DNA of 57,414 bases, filler included, from Stramenopiles sp. TOSAG23-3 (GCA_900128585.1; 6 parts of 6 records of this genome joined end to end with filler, not necessarily neighbours in it); one strand, 5' to 3'. Positions 32,217-43,305 are shown, counted from the whole stretch's first letter. Notes: generated by a model not told the origin, from the letters alone. Numbers and translations: made by a program.

Positions 32217-33236
32217 TTACTTCCTTTGTTTTGACCTCGCTCGACCCTTCTTTTTCTTTTTTCGACCAGGTTCACCACCTTTCTTCCCTAACGTATGCGC
32301 GATACGGCACATGATTTCAGTTAGGAAGGCCCTGTCGCACAAAATTAAAAGTAATTGTGCAACAAAGGGATAGTAGCCTTGGTTGTACACGACCAGATTT
32401 CCAGGCGCTGTCAGCAACGCGCGAGCCAATGTGTCGGGCGTTGCCGCCGTGCTCATAAAGAACTTGATTTCGTCGATTTTATCAGCTTTGTCGTAAAAGC
32501 GAGTGCCGACGGGGGAAGGGTGGACCACGGAGACGTCAATCCCGTCTGCTCGTATTTCACAACTCAGGCTAGATGCGAATTCTGTTACAAATGCTTTCGT
32601 ACTGCCATACATTACCGAAAATGGACTGGGAAGGAACCCGGCGGGGGAGCCAGTGAAGACAACACACCCTCGTAGATTAGATGCTTGCATGCGCCGTACG
32701 TATTCGTGGGTTATCTTGACATGGCTAGTAATATTGCAATTGTAATTGACCAGCTGCGCGCCTAGTGCCTTGGTTGTATAGAACCCTGTCATCATAAAGC
32801 CAGCGTTGCAGAAGACAATCTGCACGTCCTTGCCCGCAGTCACTGCATCTAACGCTTCCATGTAGCCATCTGTCCCCAAATTTACTGGAACTGGAACAAC
32901 TTCAATACTTGGGTAATCGTTTTGCAATTCTTTGGCGGTATTTACGAGAAGGTCGTCGTCCATAGCTGCAATAATTAGGTTCAGGCCTTGCTTAGCCAGT
33001 CGTTCCACCAACGCTCGCCCAATGCCAGAAGAACCACCTGTCACCAGCGCCCATTCAGCGTCGTACTTCTTCTTAAGGTTCTGCGGAGATAAGAAGCACC
33101 TATAAATAGATGGAAGGATAAAGGTCAATAAGGAGCAGGCACCAACAAAGAAGCACACGCAACATGCCGTATCGGAGGCGGCAATGCCTTGCGTGCGCGC
33201 AAGGGCCGCTTGAAAAAGCTCGCGGGCAAAGTCCAT
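32217..33236 (-). CDS. SDR, 3-ketoacyl-CoA reductase / 17beta-HSD12-like
   Basis: NLKKKYDAEWALVTGGSSGIG, FCNAG, catalytic YGSTK, N-terminal TM segment. The start at MDFAREL (33236) is inferred. Confidence 0.88.
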   Translation of the reverse strand: MDFARELFQAALARTQGIAASDTACCVCFFVGACSLLTFILPSIYRCFLSPQNLKKKYDAEWALVTGGSSGIGRALVERLAKQGLNLIIAAMDDDLLVNTAKELQNDYPSIEVVPVPVNLGTDGYMEALDAVTAGKDVQIVFCNAGFMMTGFYTTKALGAQLVNYNCNITSHVKITHEYVRRMQASNLRGCVVFTGSPAGFLPSPFSVMYGSTKAFVTEFASSLSCEIRADGIDVSVVHPSPVGTRFYDKADKIDEIKFFMSTAATPDTLARALLTAPGNLVVYNQGYYPFVAQLLLILCDRAFLTEIMCRIAHTLGKKGGEPGRKKKKKGRARSKQRK

Positions 33237-34328
33237 ACTATCAGGTACGTACGTCTTCCTTCGCTCTATCAACCCAACTTTTTGCTTGCCTGGAATCGTT
33301 GTATATGCAGTAATATTATTGATAACAAAATCTTCAGTGTGAACGACGAGACGAGGCTTGTGAATATTTCTATGGTTTATGTAGCCCTTGGATCGACTTG
33401 GAGTAGTTGAAGTACATACAAACGTGCCAGGGCATGGTGGTGGAGATACAAACAATCATCGTGGAACAACAAACAACAACAAGCAGCAGCAAGCGGCGAC
33501 ACAAAAAAAAATCATCATGGTGAATATGATGATTCACACAAAAGGAGACACAGGGGGGGAGGGAAGATACGAACGCCAATGACATCGACGTAACATAATG
33601 TGAGGTGATGACGACATTGTGCTCTTTCTTTTCCTTCCTCCTCCCAGCACACCATTTCATATATATAGAGTTACATCAGGGTTATTACAATTATTACTTT
33701 TTAAAGCTAAATAATATTTAATTAGATTAATTAGATGTTTTTTATCATATATTAATGGTTAAATAGTCTAAATATGTTAATTATAAAATAATATTTTTTA
33801 ATCGTTTTATGACTATAAAAGTGCATTTTACACATTAAAATGATTATATATCATAATTATATTAATTTTTAACATTTATTTGTATAAAAAGGTAAAACAG
33901 TATTTCGTTCCCAAAAAAGAATTTTAAATGAATATATTGGCTATTATAACTATAATTTAGTGGTAAAATATGTAATAATAGTCAAAAATAGTTATTTATG
34001 ATAAAACCTAATTGTAACATTATTTATGAGATGCTGTGGTTTTGCTTGCTGGTTATCTTCTTATCTATCGATAGGATGAAACGAATTTGTTATTTTTAGC
34101 TTTTTCAGCAGCAAGCTGAAATGAATGTACGGCTTCCCCCGACTCCCTTCGCTGTGTTGTTGTACTATTGTTTATATAATCCATTTCTTCGTTTAAAATT
34201 ACTCCACTCGCAGAAACAACTAACTCACTCAGCAGCGAATAAAAGATAGTTTGGTGGTATTTAGTTGGTTGTGTACTCTGCGGCACACTCACCGCCTTTC
34301 TCTCTATAAAAAAATAATATATTATCTT

Positions 34329-34428
34329 NNNNNNNNNNNNNNNNNNNNNNNNNNNNNNNNNNNNNNNNNNNNTTAATTAATTAANNNNNNNNNNNNNNNN
34401 NNNNNNNNNNNNNNNNNNNNNNNNNNNN
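34329..34428. other. Artificial contig spacer
   Basis: N44-TTAATTAATTAA-N44. Confidence 0.99.
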
Positions 34429-34979
34429 TGGTGGTGTATATTAATAACTAATGAGATGTGGTGGATTATTTGATTTTTTGATAATAAAAAATATAAATTA
34501 TTATCATTATATATAATAATAATAAAAAAGGGGGTGTAACGGCTAAATAATATACAGACGACTGTCATCCAATCCAAGATATTCTATCGCTGTGTCCAGA
34601 AGATAATCCATCATAAATTATTATTTTGTGTTTTGTGTTCTCTTATGTGTCAGTGAATAGATTAATATTGAGATGAAGAAGAGATGAGATTAATTGAATT
34701 ATTATTATTTTATTATATATATTTTATTACTACTGGTACCTTTGATAACTAACAAATAATGATAAAAAAGAAGAGGAGAAGTATTTTTTTTTGTGTGTGT
34801 TGTATATTTTCTGTAATAACTTTTATTTTTATTGCAGGTGCCGATAGTCTGTGATGATCATTCAATTCGCGAATAGAGCGGCTGCGTAGACCATTCAAAC
34901 AATAAGAAATTTTAGCAGGGGTCGCACCTGTATTTCAATAGATTACACGTTGTTGAGGCTTCGCCGTATTATCAGAGTC

Positions 34980-35763
34980 ATGGACAAGGACGACGAGCAG
35001 AGGCAATTATCGTCGGCTAAACTGATGGCAAAAGTTGATTTGTATTGGAGGGAACAATATAACATAGACATGCTTCGCGATGCCTTAGAAAGAGTAAGTT
35101 CAAAGAAATCAATTGATCCTTTATATTGAAACACTGTTGGATACCTAACAACATTCTGTTCATCATTTGAAGAGGAAAGCCCTGCTGAGAACAATCTTCA
35201 AGTCGGCATATTCCTCAATAGAGGCACCAATATTAAAACTAGTAGAATCGACTGGCAGAGAATCAGAGCAAACGGTAAGAGAAATAGACGGGCACAATTT
35301 AGAATTCGAGGGCATGAAGGAAAAATTAGGGAGCCAAAAATCAGAAATGTTTCATAAGCGCACTTCCGCCGACGAAGCGTTGCGTGTGCACGAAGAGAAA
35401 TGGAAAGCTTTGCAGGCAGAGAAGGACACATTGGTTGCTGCTTTTAACGAGGAGATAGAATCAGGAGCACATATTTTGCAGTCAAAATAAAAAAGGAAGA
35501 GTATAAGACGTTTACAAACGTGGGCGTGTTGCACTCAAAGGGTAGTAAGCCCCCTGATCTGCTCAGTGCGGAAAGTATGGAGCGAAGACGCATGAAAAAG
35601 CAAAAATTACAATTGGAAACAACACTGCGTTCAATGGAAAAACAACAGGAACGTCTGCAAAAATTTGCTGGAGCGTTGAGACTGTATCAGCAGAGAACAA
35701 CGTTTCCGAAATGGTGAAATCAGAGAGCTTAAAAAAGAGCTTAAAAACGCCTTGGTAGCTTAG
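34980..35763 (+). pseudogene. Coiled-coil protein gene with one intron (35094-35172) and two apparent frameshifts (pseudogene or assembly error)
   Basis: ATG at 34980. GTAAGT...CTAAC...AAG intron joins DALER|RKALL in frame. Stop at 35490, but coiled-coil-like sequence continues in shifted frames (IKKEEYK...LRLYQQR, then NGEIRELKKELKNALVA*). Confidence 0.5.
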
Positions 35764-36035
35764 AGAAGAAGATAGGCTGCGAAATGACATTTGCAGTGCA
35801 GAGTGTGTGTGTGCCAATAGTATCATTGAAAAGATTGCGAGGTGGTGGGCTTTAAGATTTTATGAAAAAAAACAAAGATTTTATGAAAAAAAAAACAAAT
35901 TAGAGTATGCTTTAAGACTCTCATTTTATCATATCAATTACGATTTCAGTTCCAACCCTAAACCTAATAAAATGGATTTTTTATTATTGAGAGTCTTAAA
36001 ACATACTATATATTTTGTTTTTTTATTATCATCAT

Positions 36036-36240
36036 AAAATAAGAAAATTGGCTGTTATTTAAGTAAAAAAATTAAAATTTAGCTTTCTCATATACCGCGA
36101 AAATGAATATGATCCAATGAAAAACTAAAACTGCGTTTATTATCACATGCATACGTTAAAAACAAAAAATTTGCTCTGTTATTTAAATAAATTAAAATTT
36201 ATCTTTCTCATGTACCGCGAAAACAAATCTGCTCCTTTTG
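36036..36240 (+). repeat. Two tandem copies (~121-bp period) of an ~80-bp dispersed element
   Basis: AAAATAAGAAAATTGGCTGTTATTTAAGTAA...ATTAAAATTTAGCTTTCTCATATACCGCGAAAATGAAT and AAAAACAAAAAATTTGCTCTGTTATTTAAATAAATTAAAATTTATCTTTCTCATGTACCGCGAAAACAAATCTGCTCCTTTTG. Confidence 0.8.
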
Positions 36241-36811
36241 TATGTTTCAAATTTTGATGTTAAAACCACTCAAGGTTTGTATATGTATAAGTAGTCGTCT
36301 AAGAAGAAAACTGCCTGCTTTTTGCCTCTGGCTGGTTTTCAGTTTCTTCAAGCTCGCAACCGCAAGGGAACAACATCGTAATTGCCCTATTTGTAATTAA
36401 AGAATTCGGGAAGAAGGGAGAGAAATGGAGGAAAATAATAAAGAGGGCGGGAGGAGACAACGTAACACTATAATAATTGATATTAACTACTAATAGCAAA
36501 CGAGTTCGTTCTTCCTTGGGTCGGTACCAGGTACCACCAGGTACAAACTTCAAAATCAGTGAAGAAGAAGCTTTTTTTCTTTTTTTTTTAAAATACACCA
36601 CAGTGTAAAAGAAAATGTGCATGTACAGTAATAATAATAAAAAACCCAACAATTTGTCCATCTAACTTAATCGGTGTATGGTCCATATGTTGGAGACGCC
36701 CCCATTCGTTAAAGTATACTACTCCAGGTTTCTCGCGGGCACGTAGGCCACCCGAATAAAACAAGCAGTTGTCGAAGGCACTTAAAGGGTTGGTGTTGCT
36801 GGGGTACAGCC

Positions 36812-39067
36812 ATGGACCGCGTTGGCAATAGCGAGCAGTCTCACCCTTACTTGAACGATCCTAACTATATTCGTTTGGGGGAGGTAATCAAGAAATTTTG
36901 CAGCAGCGCCAACTTAAACTCGGCGAAAACCGAACAATTAAACTCTATCGTTTCGCTCTACAGTGCTCATTTCAGAAAATGTTACGAAAAACAGTACACG
37001 AGAAACAAAATTGCGATGACCCTTATATCGAAGGGAAAGGAAGCCCGCCGCAGAGCCCAGCTCCGTAAAGAGTTTGAAGAAGAAAGGAAGGTGTTGGTCG
37101 AAAAACTAAACGAGGCATCTTTGCTGATTGAAAAGTACACAGCTAAAGTTAAAAACTTAAAGACAAAGTCGAAAAAGAAGACCGAATTGATGAAACATAT
37201 TATCGTGGACAAGGACAAGGAGTTGTCCGATCTGGAAAAAGAGTTGAACAGCGCCAAAGGAACGTCTGCGGAGTACATGGCAGAGTTTAAAGGGATTGCC
37301 TCAATGTCGGACCAACTAATGGAGCAACTCGCCATATTAGAACAGCAACGCTTAGATGACAAGAAAATAGTTGCGGGCAAGGAGCAGGAATTCAAAGATA
37401 CAATCACTAGATTGCAAGAGCAGTTAGACGCCAAACGGTCCGACTCGCCGCAAGGTGAAAAACAGCCGGGAACGCCGTCGGGCGAGAGCACTGCCGGCGA
37501 ACCCAGGGCACAGGACGGCTCCATGTCTCCGCAACGTAGCCGGGTAACAAAATCGATAGAAAAGAGTCAGCTCGACAACATTCATACGTTACACGACCAA
37601 GTCTTGGCCGTCAACAAGCCTTCAAAAAGCAGGAAAAAACGGCGTTCCTCAAGCATCCGCCGTGTGTACGAAAATTCGTCGATAGTAGTGGCGGCACGGA
37701 TTCGCCCATTATCAACTGCTGAACTTGAAAAGGATACAGCCATTGTCAATGGCAACAACGAGTGCGATAGTGTTGTTCTGAACGAAGATTGGTACGACGA
37801 GGTTTCGAAAGACAGACCTCTGAGCAAAGAAACGGGGAATGCAAACAAGGAAACTCGCAGTTATGGCTTTGATGTAGTTTTTGGCGCAGATATCGATCAA
37901 AACGTTGTGTATGCCCTAACAGGGAGGCACGTACTGGAGCGCTTCGTCAGCGGGTACAACGGCACCATATTTGCGTACGGGCAGACTGGGTCTGGTAAAA
38001 CTTACACAATGATGGGTGCCCCTGGTCGCGAGAGTGTCGCAATGAACGATGATACCGACGGAATCACCCCACGGCTGGTTAGGGACCTGTTCGCCTACTT
38101 GCACGATCTAGAGAGTCGCGACGGCGTCGAGAGCCAATGGAAATTGTCGGTAACTTACATAGAAATATACATGGAGTCCATTCGGGATTTATTGAACCCT
38201 GGGGCGAAGGCGGTGCCGAGGCGCGGCTCGACGGCCAGGAAGTTGCCTAGGGGGAGTGCGGCCGCAAAGGCCTCGATCGACATCCGAGAAACCCAGCGCG
38301 GGACGCCCTATTTGCACGGTGCTGTGGAAGTGAATGTAGGGACGTTCGAGCATTTGATCATGTGCCTGAACGAAGGAACCCTTCGTCGTACTACGGAGGA
38401 AACGAACTCCAATGCAACGAGTTCGAGGTCCCACAGTGTTCTAACGTTGAAGCTCACCGTTATGGACGGGGCGGAAGCTACCGACCCGAAGCGTGGCACT
38501 GTCACCTCCAAGTTGCACGTCGTTGATCTAGCAGGAAGCGAGAATGCGGCATCCACCGATGGGATATCCAAATTACGGCGGCAAGAAGGAATGTGCATCA
38601 ACAAAAGCCTGCTCTCCCTCCACCGCGTCATCAAAAGTCTCACAAAGGGACAGCAAAAGGCAAGAAGCCGGGACGCGTCCGACAAGTCCTTGTCAGAGTC
38701 TTACATTCCCTACCGCTCCAGCAAACTGACACGGCTGCTGAAAGACTCTTTGGGAGGCAACTGCTTTACGCTGATGATCTGCAATTTATCGCCGACAACC
38801 AAAACGTACGGAGAAACAAAAAGGAGTCTGGCCTTTTCGCAGAGCGTAAAGCACGTTCGCAACAAGGCGATAAAGAACATTGACGTACGGGCAAAGCGTA
38901 TACGCGATTTGGAGCTAGAGAACAAGAAATTACGCCACTTGGTGGGGGAGTATAGAAAAATTCTGTTGGAAGAAACTGACCCAGAAGAGGCAACCGCAGA
39001 GTTGATAGAAGAACAGGTGGAAGATGGTACGGTAGAAAAGGCAGCCATGGAAGAAATGGACGTGTAG
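36812..39067 (+). CDS. Kinesin with long N-terminal coiled coil and motor domain in the C-terminal half
   Basis: VAARIRPL, FAYGQTGSGKTYTM (P-loop), SSRSH, VDLAGSE, YIPYRSSKLTRLLKDSLGGN. Confidence 0.95.
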   Translation: MDRVGNSEQSHPYLNDPNYIRLGEVIKKFCSSANLNSAKTEQLNSIVSLYSAHFRKCYEKQYTRNKIAMTLISKGKEARRRAQLRKEFEEERKVLVEKLNEASLLIEKYTAKVKNLKTKSKKKTELMKHIIVDKDKELSDLEKELNSAKGTSAEYMAEFKGIASMSDQLMEQLAILEQQRLDDKKIVAGKEQEFKDTITRLQEQLDAKRSDSPQGEKQPGTPSGESTAGEPRAQDGSMSPQRSRVTKSIEKSQLDNIHTLHDQVLAVNKPSKSRKKRRSSSIRRVYENSSIVVAARIRPLSTAELEKDTAIVNGNNECDSVVLNEDWYDEVSKDRPLSKETGNANKETRSYGFDVVFGADIDQNVVYALTGRHVLERFVSGYNGTIFAYGQTGSGKTYTMMGAPGRESVAMNDDTDGITPRLVRDLFAYLHDLESRDGVESQWKLSVTYIEIYMESIRDLLNPGAKAVPRRGSTARKLPRGSAAAKASIDIRETQRGTPYLHGAVEVNVGTFEHLIMCLNEGTLRRTTEETNSNATSSRSHSVLTLKLTVMDGAEATDPKRGTVTSKLHVVDLAGSENAASTDGISKLRRQEGMCINKSLLSLHRVIKSLTKGQQKARSRDASDKSLSESYIPYRSSKLTRLLKDSLGGNCFTLMICNLSPTTKTYGETKRSLAFSQSVKHVRNKAIKNIDVRAKRIRDLELENKKLRHLVGEYRKILLEETDPEEATAELIEEQVEDGTVEKAAMEEMDV

Positions 39068-39776
39068 GGGTGAAACAGAAGGAAGATGTACACGATTATT
39101 AGCACTTGTCTTTTTAATTATTTTAAATTCTACTACGGTACAGCTCACAGCTCTCCTCGTGTTATAATGTTATATATATTAGAGACTATAATAGACTAGA
39201 ATAGCAATACACGGTATAATACGGTATAGAGTACTCCTCGTACTCCTCACTCCTCGTATTCTAAAAATAACCTATCTAAATAATTCGTTTAATACTGACC
39301 GGACAGTTATAAGTACTGCTTTTGTGATATCGTATGAGGATCACACACACCAGACACAGACACAGCGCTGGAGTTGAGTATTAATTAATAATAGTCGTCT
39401 CTATATTAATATTTTATACCGAATACCGAATGCGGACGGAGGGGAGGGAGAGAGAACGGAGAGAAGAGACGGATGAATGAGGAAGAAGAAGAAGAGAGAG
39501 GCAGAGGCAGGAGGAAGGAGAAAAAAAGAAGAGAACGAAAAAAAACAACATTTTTTTATAAATAATATTTTTTTAAATAATAATAAAAATTGAATAAAAG
39601 ATTTTAATAATAATACTGCTGTGGATTATTGTTATCTTCTTGCCCCATTCGAAGAGAAAAAGTTGTGAGGAAATGATAGTTATGACGAGGGAGAAAAGTA
39701 TCACAGAACAATTTGATAGTTAGCAATTATTGACTTTAGCTGAACTAATATTTACTAACTTAACAGAGTAATTACC

Positions 39777-40137
39777 ATGAGTGGCGAAAGTAGCGTGGGG
39801 TTCAAACCAGTTCCTGACCTGGAAAAGGATGGAGCAGGTAAGTTTATAGCCCCTGAAAATCCGGTGGCTTTTTTTGAGGCCAGGGAACAACGTGTTCGAG
39901 ATCGTTTTGTAAATTTGCACCAGGCGAAATTGTTGAGGGAGGAACTTCGCCAATGTTATTATAAATCCGGTGTCAACCATTATCAGTAAGTATGCATCAT
40001 TTTCCCTTTTTCTTTATTTCTCGTTTTGCCAGAAAGGTGTCTAACAAGTACCGTTTCACGTTCACAGAGACTGCAAGGAGTTGGTGGAAGCGTATATGAC
40101 AAAGATAAATGCGCCTAATTTTGGCATGTCGAACTAA
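39777..40137 (+). CDS. NDUFB10: Complex I subunit NDUFB10 (PDSW); exons 39777-39985 and 40068-40137
   Basis: NPVAFFEAREQRVRDRFV...AKLLREELRQCYYKSGVNHYQ|DCKELVEAY matches the family's CY..EGVNH.Q.C..LV..Y pattern. Intron GTAAGT(39986)...CTAAC(40041)...CAG(40067). Confidence 0.92.
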
Positions 40138-40498
40138 GCGTCTGCGTACAAGCAGCGGATGCACACAGAAAGGGTGTCTGTCGGCAGGCGTCCGATTGCC
40201 TTGCCCAGAGAATTAGTATTTGCGGTTGGAAATCGACGTGCAGAAGCGACGAGCCTCTGGTGGTGGGATTACCTCCTCGAAACAAAATCCAAACTACGTA
40301 CGGCGCAGCATTGAGAAGTAAGCGTTGTTTTTAAAACGCGAAGAGTTCAAATTTTTATTTTACGCGGAAAGTGTATTCTATAGTACAATTAACAAAAAAG
40401 GAAAAATTAAAACGGTGCATTATTGGACTTTCGTTCTGACTCCGTACCGAACGTTCTGTCTTTCTGCAAGCGGTGCACTAATCCAGGCATGTTGTCGC

Positions 40499-42085
40499 TC
40501 AAGCACGGGATTTCTCAGTAAGCAGTAGGCCCGTCTCTTCGTCTTCCGAATCTTTCTCTTTGTACAACGCCTTGTTCACTTTCCAAATACTCAAGGGGGC
40601 TGCCTCAAGCTTGGAGATAGATGCCGACGCGAAAAAGATCCAGACAAAACCCACGCACGCGGACAAAATTGCAACTGGGTACCACCCATCTTTAACAATG
40701 GCCCCTTCTTCATCCCTTTCCGTTAACGCTCCTATCAGAAAGAAACTCAGAGAGGATGGCCATTTGAACGCCAAGTTAGCGATCGTGTTCAAGAATGTCA
40801 TGTACGTCCCGCCTATCCGTGGGTCGCTAATTCGAGCAAAAAATCCAACTTGGCCAACAAACATGGCGGTGGAAATAATGGATTGGGCCAGTGAAATAAC
40901 GAATACTGTTAAGTAAAACGAATTGGACTCGCTCGAGAAGAGCGGCGGCCAAGGCGAAGGGGCAAAATACAACGTGAGGATGGAACCAATGCAGAACAAG
41001 ATCCTTGGAATGTACAACCGCGTGAACATTTGAAATGGTCTCGCCCCCGCAGTATACTTGCTTACAAATTTTGGGACGATAATCGCAACAATTCCCAACA
41101 GCGTTCCCATGTACGCAACGTGCTCTTTCGGCATACCGGCCCCCTGTATTTTCAACGTCGACGTGCCGTCTACAGCTGCAAAAGCAACCTTGCTCGAAAT
41201 CAGTATCATGCAAAAACGTTGAACGGCCGGCAATCGGCAAATTGCCAGCATTTCTTTGTAAGTGTCGAGAATCCCTGGCACGTCGTCGGCTTCTTTTTCC
41301 GCTTTGAAGCGGGCAACAAGTGCTGTAGTGACCAAAAACAGAATCCCCCATGCCCGCATGTTTGACCCTAGCGTTGCCAAGTTGTAACGACTGAGCAACA
41401 AGAACCCAACAAAAGATACCATGCTTCCAAAGCTCTGCCCAGCTGCATTGCAAGTCGCCGCGTAGCCGACATTCTCTTTGGACAACATTGTCAGCGCCCA
41501 GCCGTCTACAGCAACGTCTTGCGTCGCACACAAAAAGAAGAGGGAAAAGAACACAGCGGTCAAGACAGTCATATCCACGTCCGCTTCACCCTCCATGATG
41601 GAATCGATCCTGTAGCTGGAAAGGAACATGACCACGCCAATCAACAGTTGGGTGGGCACTAGCCACGACTTACGCTGGCCCCATGCCCGATTGAACGTGG
41701 CGTCGACGATTGGCGCCCACAGCAGCTTTAAAGAAAACGGCCAGCTACAAAAACTGAATACTCCTTGCTGAGTCATGGATACTTTTCGTTCCTCTAGAAG
41801 CATTGGGATCGCAGCCGATATTCCCATTGGAACACCTTGAAGAGTATACAAAAGAAGCAAAAGGCAAATGCTTGACCAGTCTTTGCTTAAAGATGCCTTT
41901 GGCTTTTCAGCCTCTGTTTTCTTTCTCGACATCTTTGCTTTTTTCGTTTCGGCTTGACCTTTCGGTTCGATCGCCTTTTTCTTCGACCCACGGGAATTTT
42001 TTCGTACCTTCTTTGCAGTCCCAGTTGTTTTGCCTTTCGTTGCAGCAGCACGTGGTGCCGTTGAGCTTCTTCGCCTCCGAGGCAT
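40499..42085 (-). CDS. SLC33A1: Acetyl-CoA transporter (SLC33A1/AT-1, AmpG-like MFS)
   Basis: LLLYTLQGVPMG, WPFSLKLLWAPIVD, RKSWLVPTQ, ATQDVAVDGWALTMLS, FARISDPRIGGTYMTFLNTIANL. Confidence 0.93.
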   Translation of the reverse strand: MPRRRRSSTAPRAAATKGKTTGTAKKVRKNSRGSKKKAIEPKGQAETKKAKMSRKKTEAEKPKASLSKDWSSICLLLLLYTLQGVPMGISAAIPMLLEERKVSMTQQGVFSFCSWPFSLKLLWAPIVDATFNRAWGQRKSWLVPTQLLIGVVMFLSSYRIDSIMEGEADVDMTVLTAVFFSLFFLCATQDVAVDGWALTMLSKENVGYAATCNAAGQSFGSMVSFVGFLLLSRYNLATLGSNMRAWGILFLVTTALVARFKAEKEADDVPGILDTYKEMLAICRLPAVQRFCMILISSKVAFAAVDGTSTLKIQGAGMPKEHVAYMGTLLGIVAIIVPKFVSKYTAGARPFQMFTRLYIPRILFCIGSILTLYFAPSPWPPLFSSESNSFYLTVFVISLAQSIISTAMFVGQVGFFARISDPRIGGTYMTFLNTIANLAFKWPSSLSFFLIGALTERDEEGAIVKDGWYPVAILSACVGFVWIFFASASISKLEAAPLSIWKVNKALYKEKDSEDEETGLLLTEKSRA

Positions 42086-43181
42086 TAAGAGTTGCGCCTC
42101 GCTAAATACGTAGTGGTAAGAAAAGCGATGTGTTCGATATCGTGTGGTTTATCTTGCTCGCTGTTCCTATTGTTATACATCTACTTACTATTCAAGCTGT
42201 TGATTTAGATATTAAAATGTTCAATGCATTCTCTCACACACTCACTCACTCCGTCTCTATATGTATGCACATATATATAAGTCGTTCAATTGAAACTAGT
42301 TGTTCATAATAATAATAATAATAATTAATAATTGTGTTTTTTTAAATTTTTTTATTATTATTTATTTTATATCATTCATCATTGGAATCATCCATCCTCC
42401 TCCTCCTACTTGTTTCTCTTCCTATTTTCACACTAGACTATGAAGCTAACTATGAGGAATGTACACAATTAAATAATTAGGACTACGACACTACGACACT
42501 ACGACTCCTCGTAATTGACCAAATTTGGAGTGGATAATCCATTGCCATCCCATCCATCCTCTATTTTTTAAATTATTTTATTATAGACTATAAAAGATGA
42601 ATTTAATTAAACTAGACAATTAAACTACGTGCCATTGCTATTGCTATGGACATTGTACACTCTATTGCTCCTAGGATGAGGATAACAAAAGTGGTAGGTA
42701 GGTTGGGTATTATAATATAGAGAGAGGAGGTATGAGGAGGTGATGTTATTTTATTTAACTTAACGACTATACGAGTATATTGTACAATAATCGCCCTATT
42801 TATTTATATTAAACAACTAATAAAATAATACGAAGTCGTCTGTTCTTGTTACTGTAGTAGTATTGGTAGTAAGTACCCTTTCCTTTTTTTAAAATATTAT
42901 ATTTAAATACTAATAAGTACAAATCTTCTTCTTCTTTTTGCTTTTTTCTTCTTTCTTCTTTCTTCTTTCTTCTTTCTTCTTTCTTCTTTGTATTTTTTTA
43001 AAGACTTTGTATTTATTTTCAGAATATTTGTAATGTTGTTTGGACCGCCTCCTCCCTATCCCTCCCTCCCTCCCTCCCTCCCTCCCTTCATAGTTATAAT
43101 ACAATGTATAACGATATAAATAATAAGAAAAATTTAGACGACCAATATTATTATTTATATAGAACGACTAGTCTATGCAAA

Positions 43182-43305
43182 GCACAGCATAGTCAAAAGG
43201 ATCCTTGACTTCGTAGATCGATCTAATATTCTTTCTATCTATTGCACAGCATAGTCAAAAGGATCCTTGACTTCGTAGATCGATCTAATATTCTTTCTAT
43301 CTATT
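43182..43305. repeat. Exact 62-bp tandem duplication containing two palindromes
   Basis: GCACAGCATAGTCAAAAGGATCCTTGACTTCGTAGATCGATCTAATATTCTTTCTATCTATT at 43182 and 43244. Confidence 0.92.

Noticed and set aside
583-33455. ORF-track starts at TTG/GTG or far upstream (583, 1689, 8557, 13383, 21521, 29362, 33455)
   Set aside because: In this eukaryotic context the first fitting ATG, supported by targeting or myristoylation signals where present, was used instead.
34065-34328. Possible terminal exon on the - strand at the contig end
   Set aside because: Short, truncated by the contig edge and without motif support.
35482-35495. Euplotes-type +1 frameshift at AAA-TAA
   Set aside because: The +1 frame stops within a few codons, and the conserved genes in the window need no recoding.
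17219-43305. Short direct repeats considered as CRISPR arrays
   Set aside because: Only two copies each, no unique spacers of regular length, no cas genes and a eukaryotic context.
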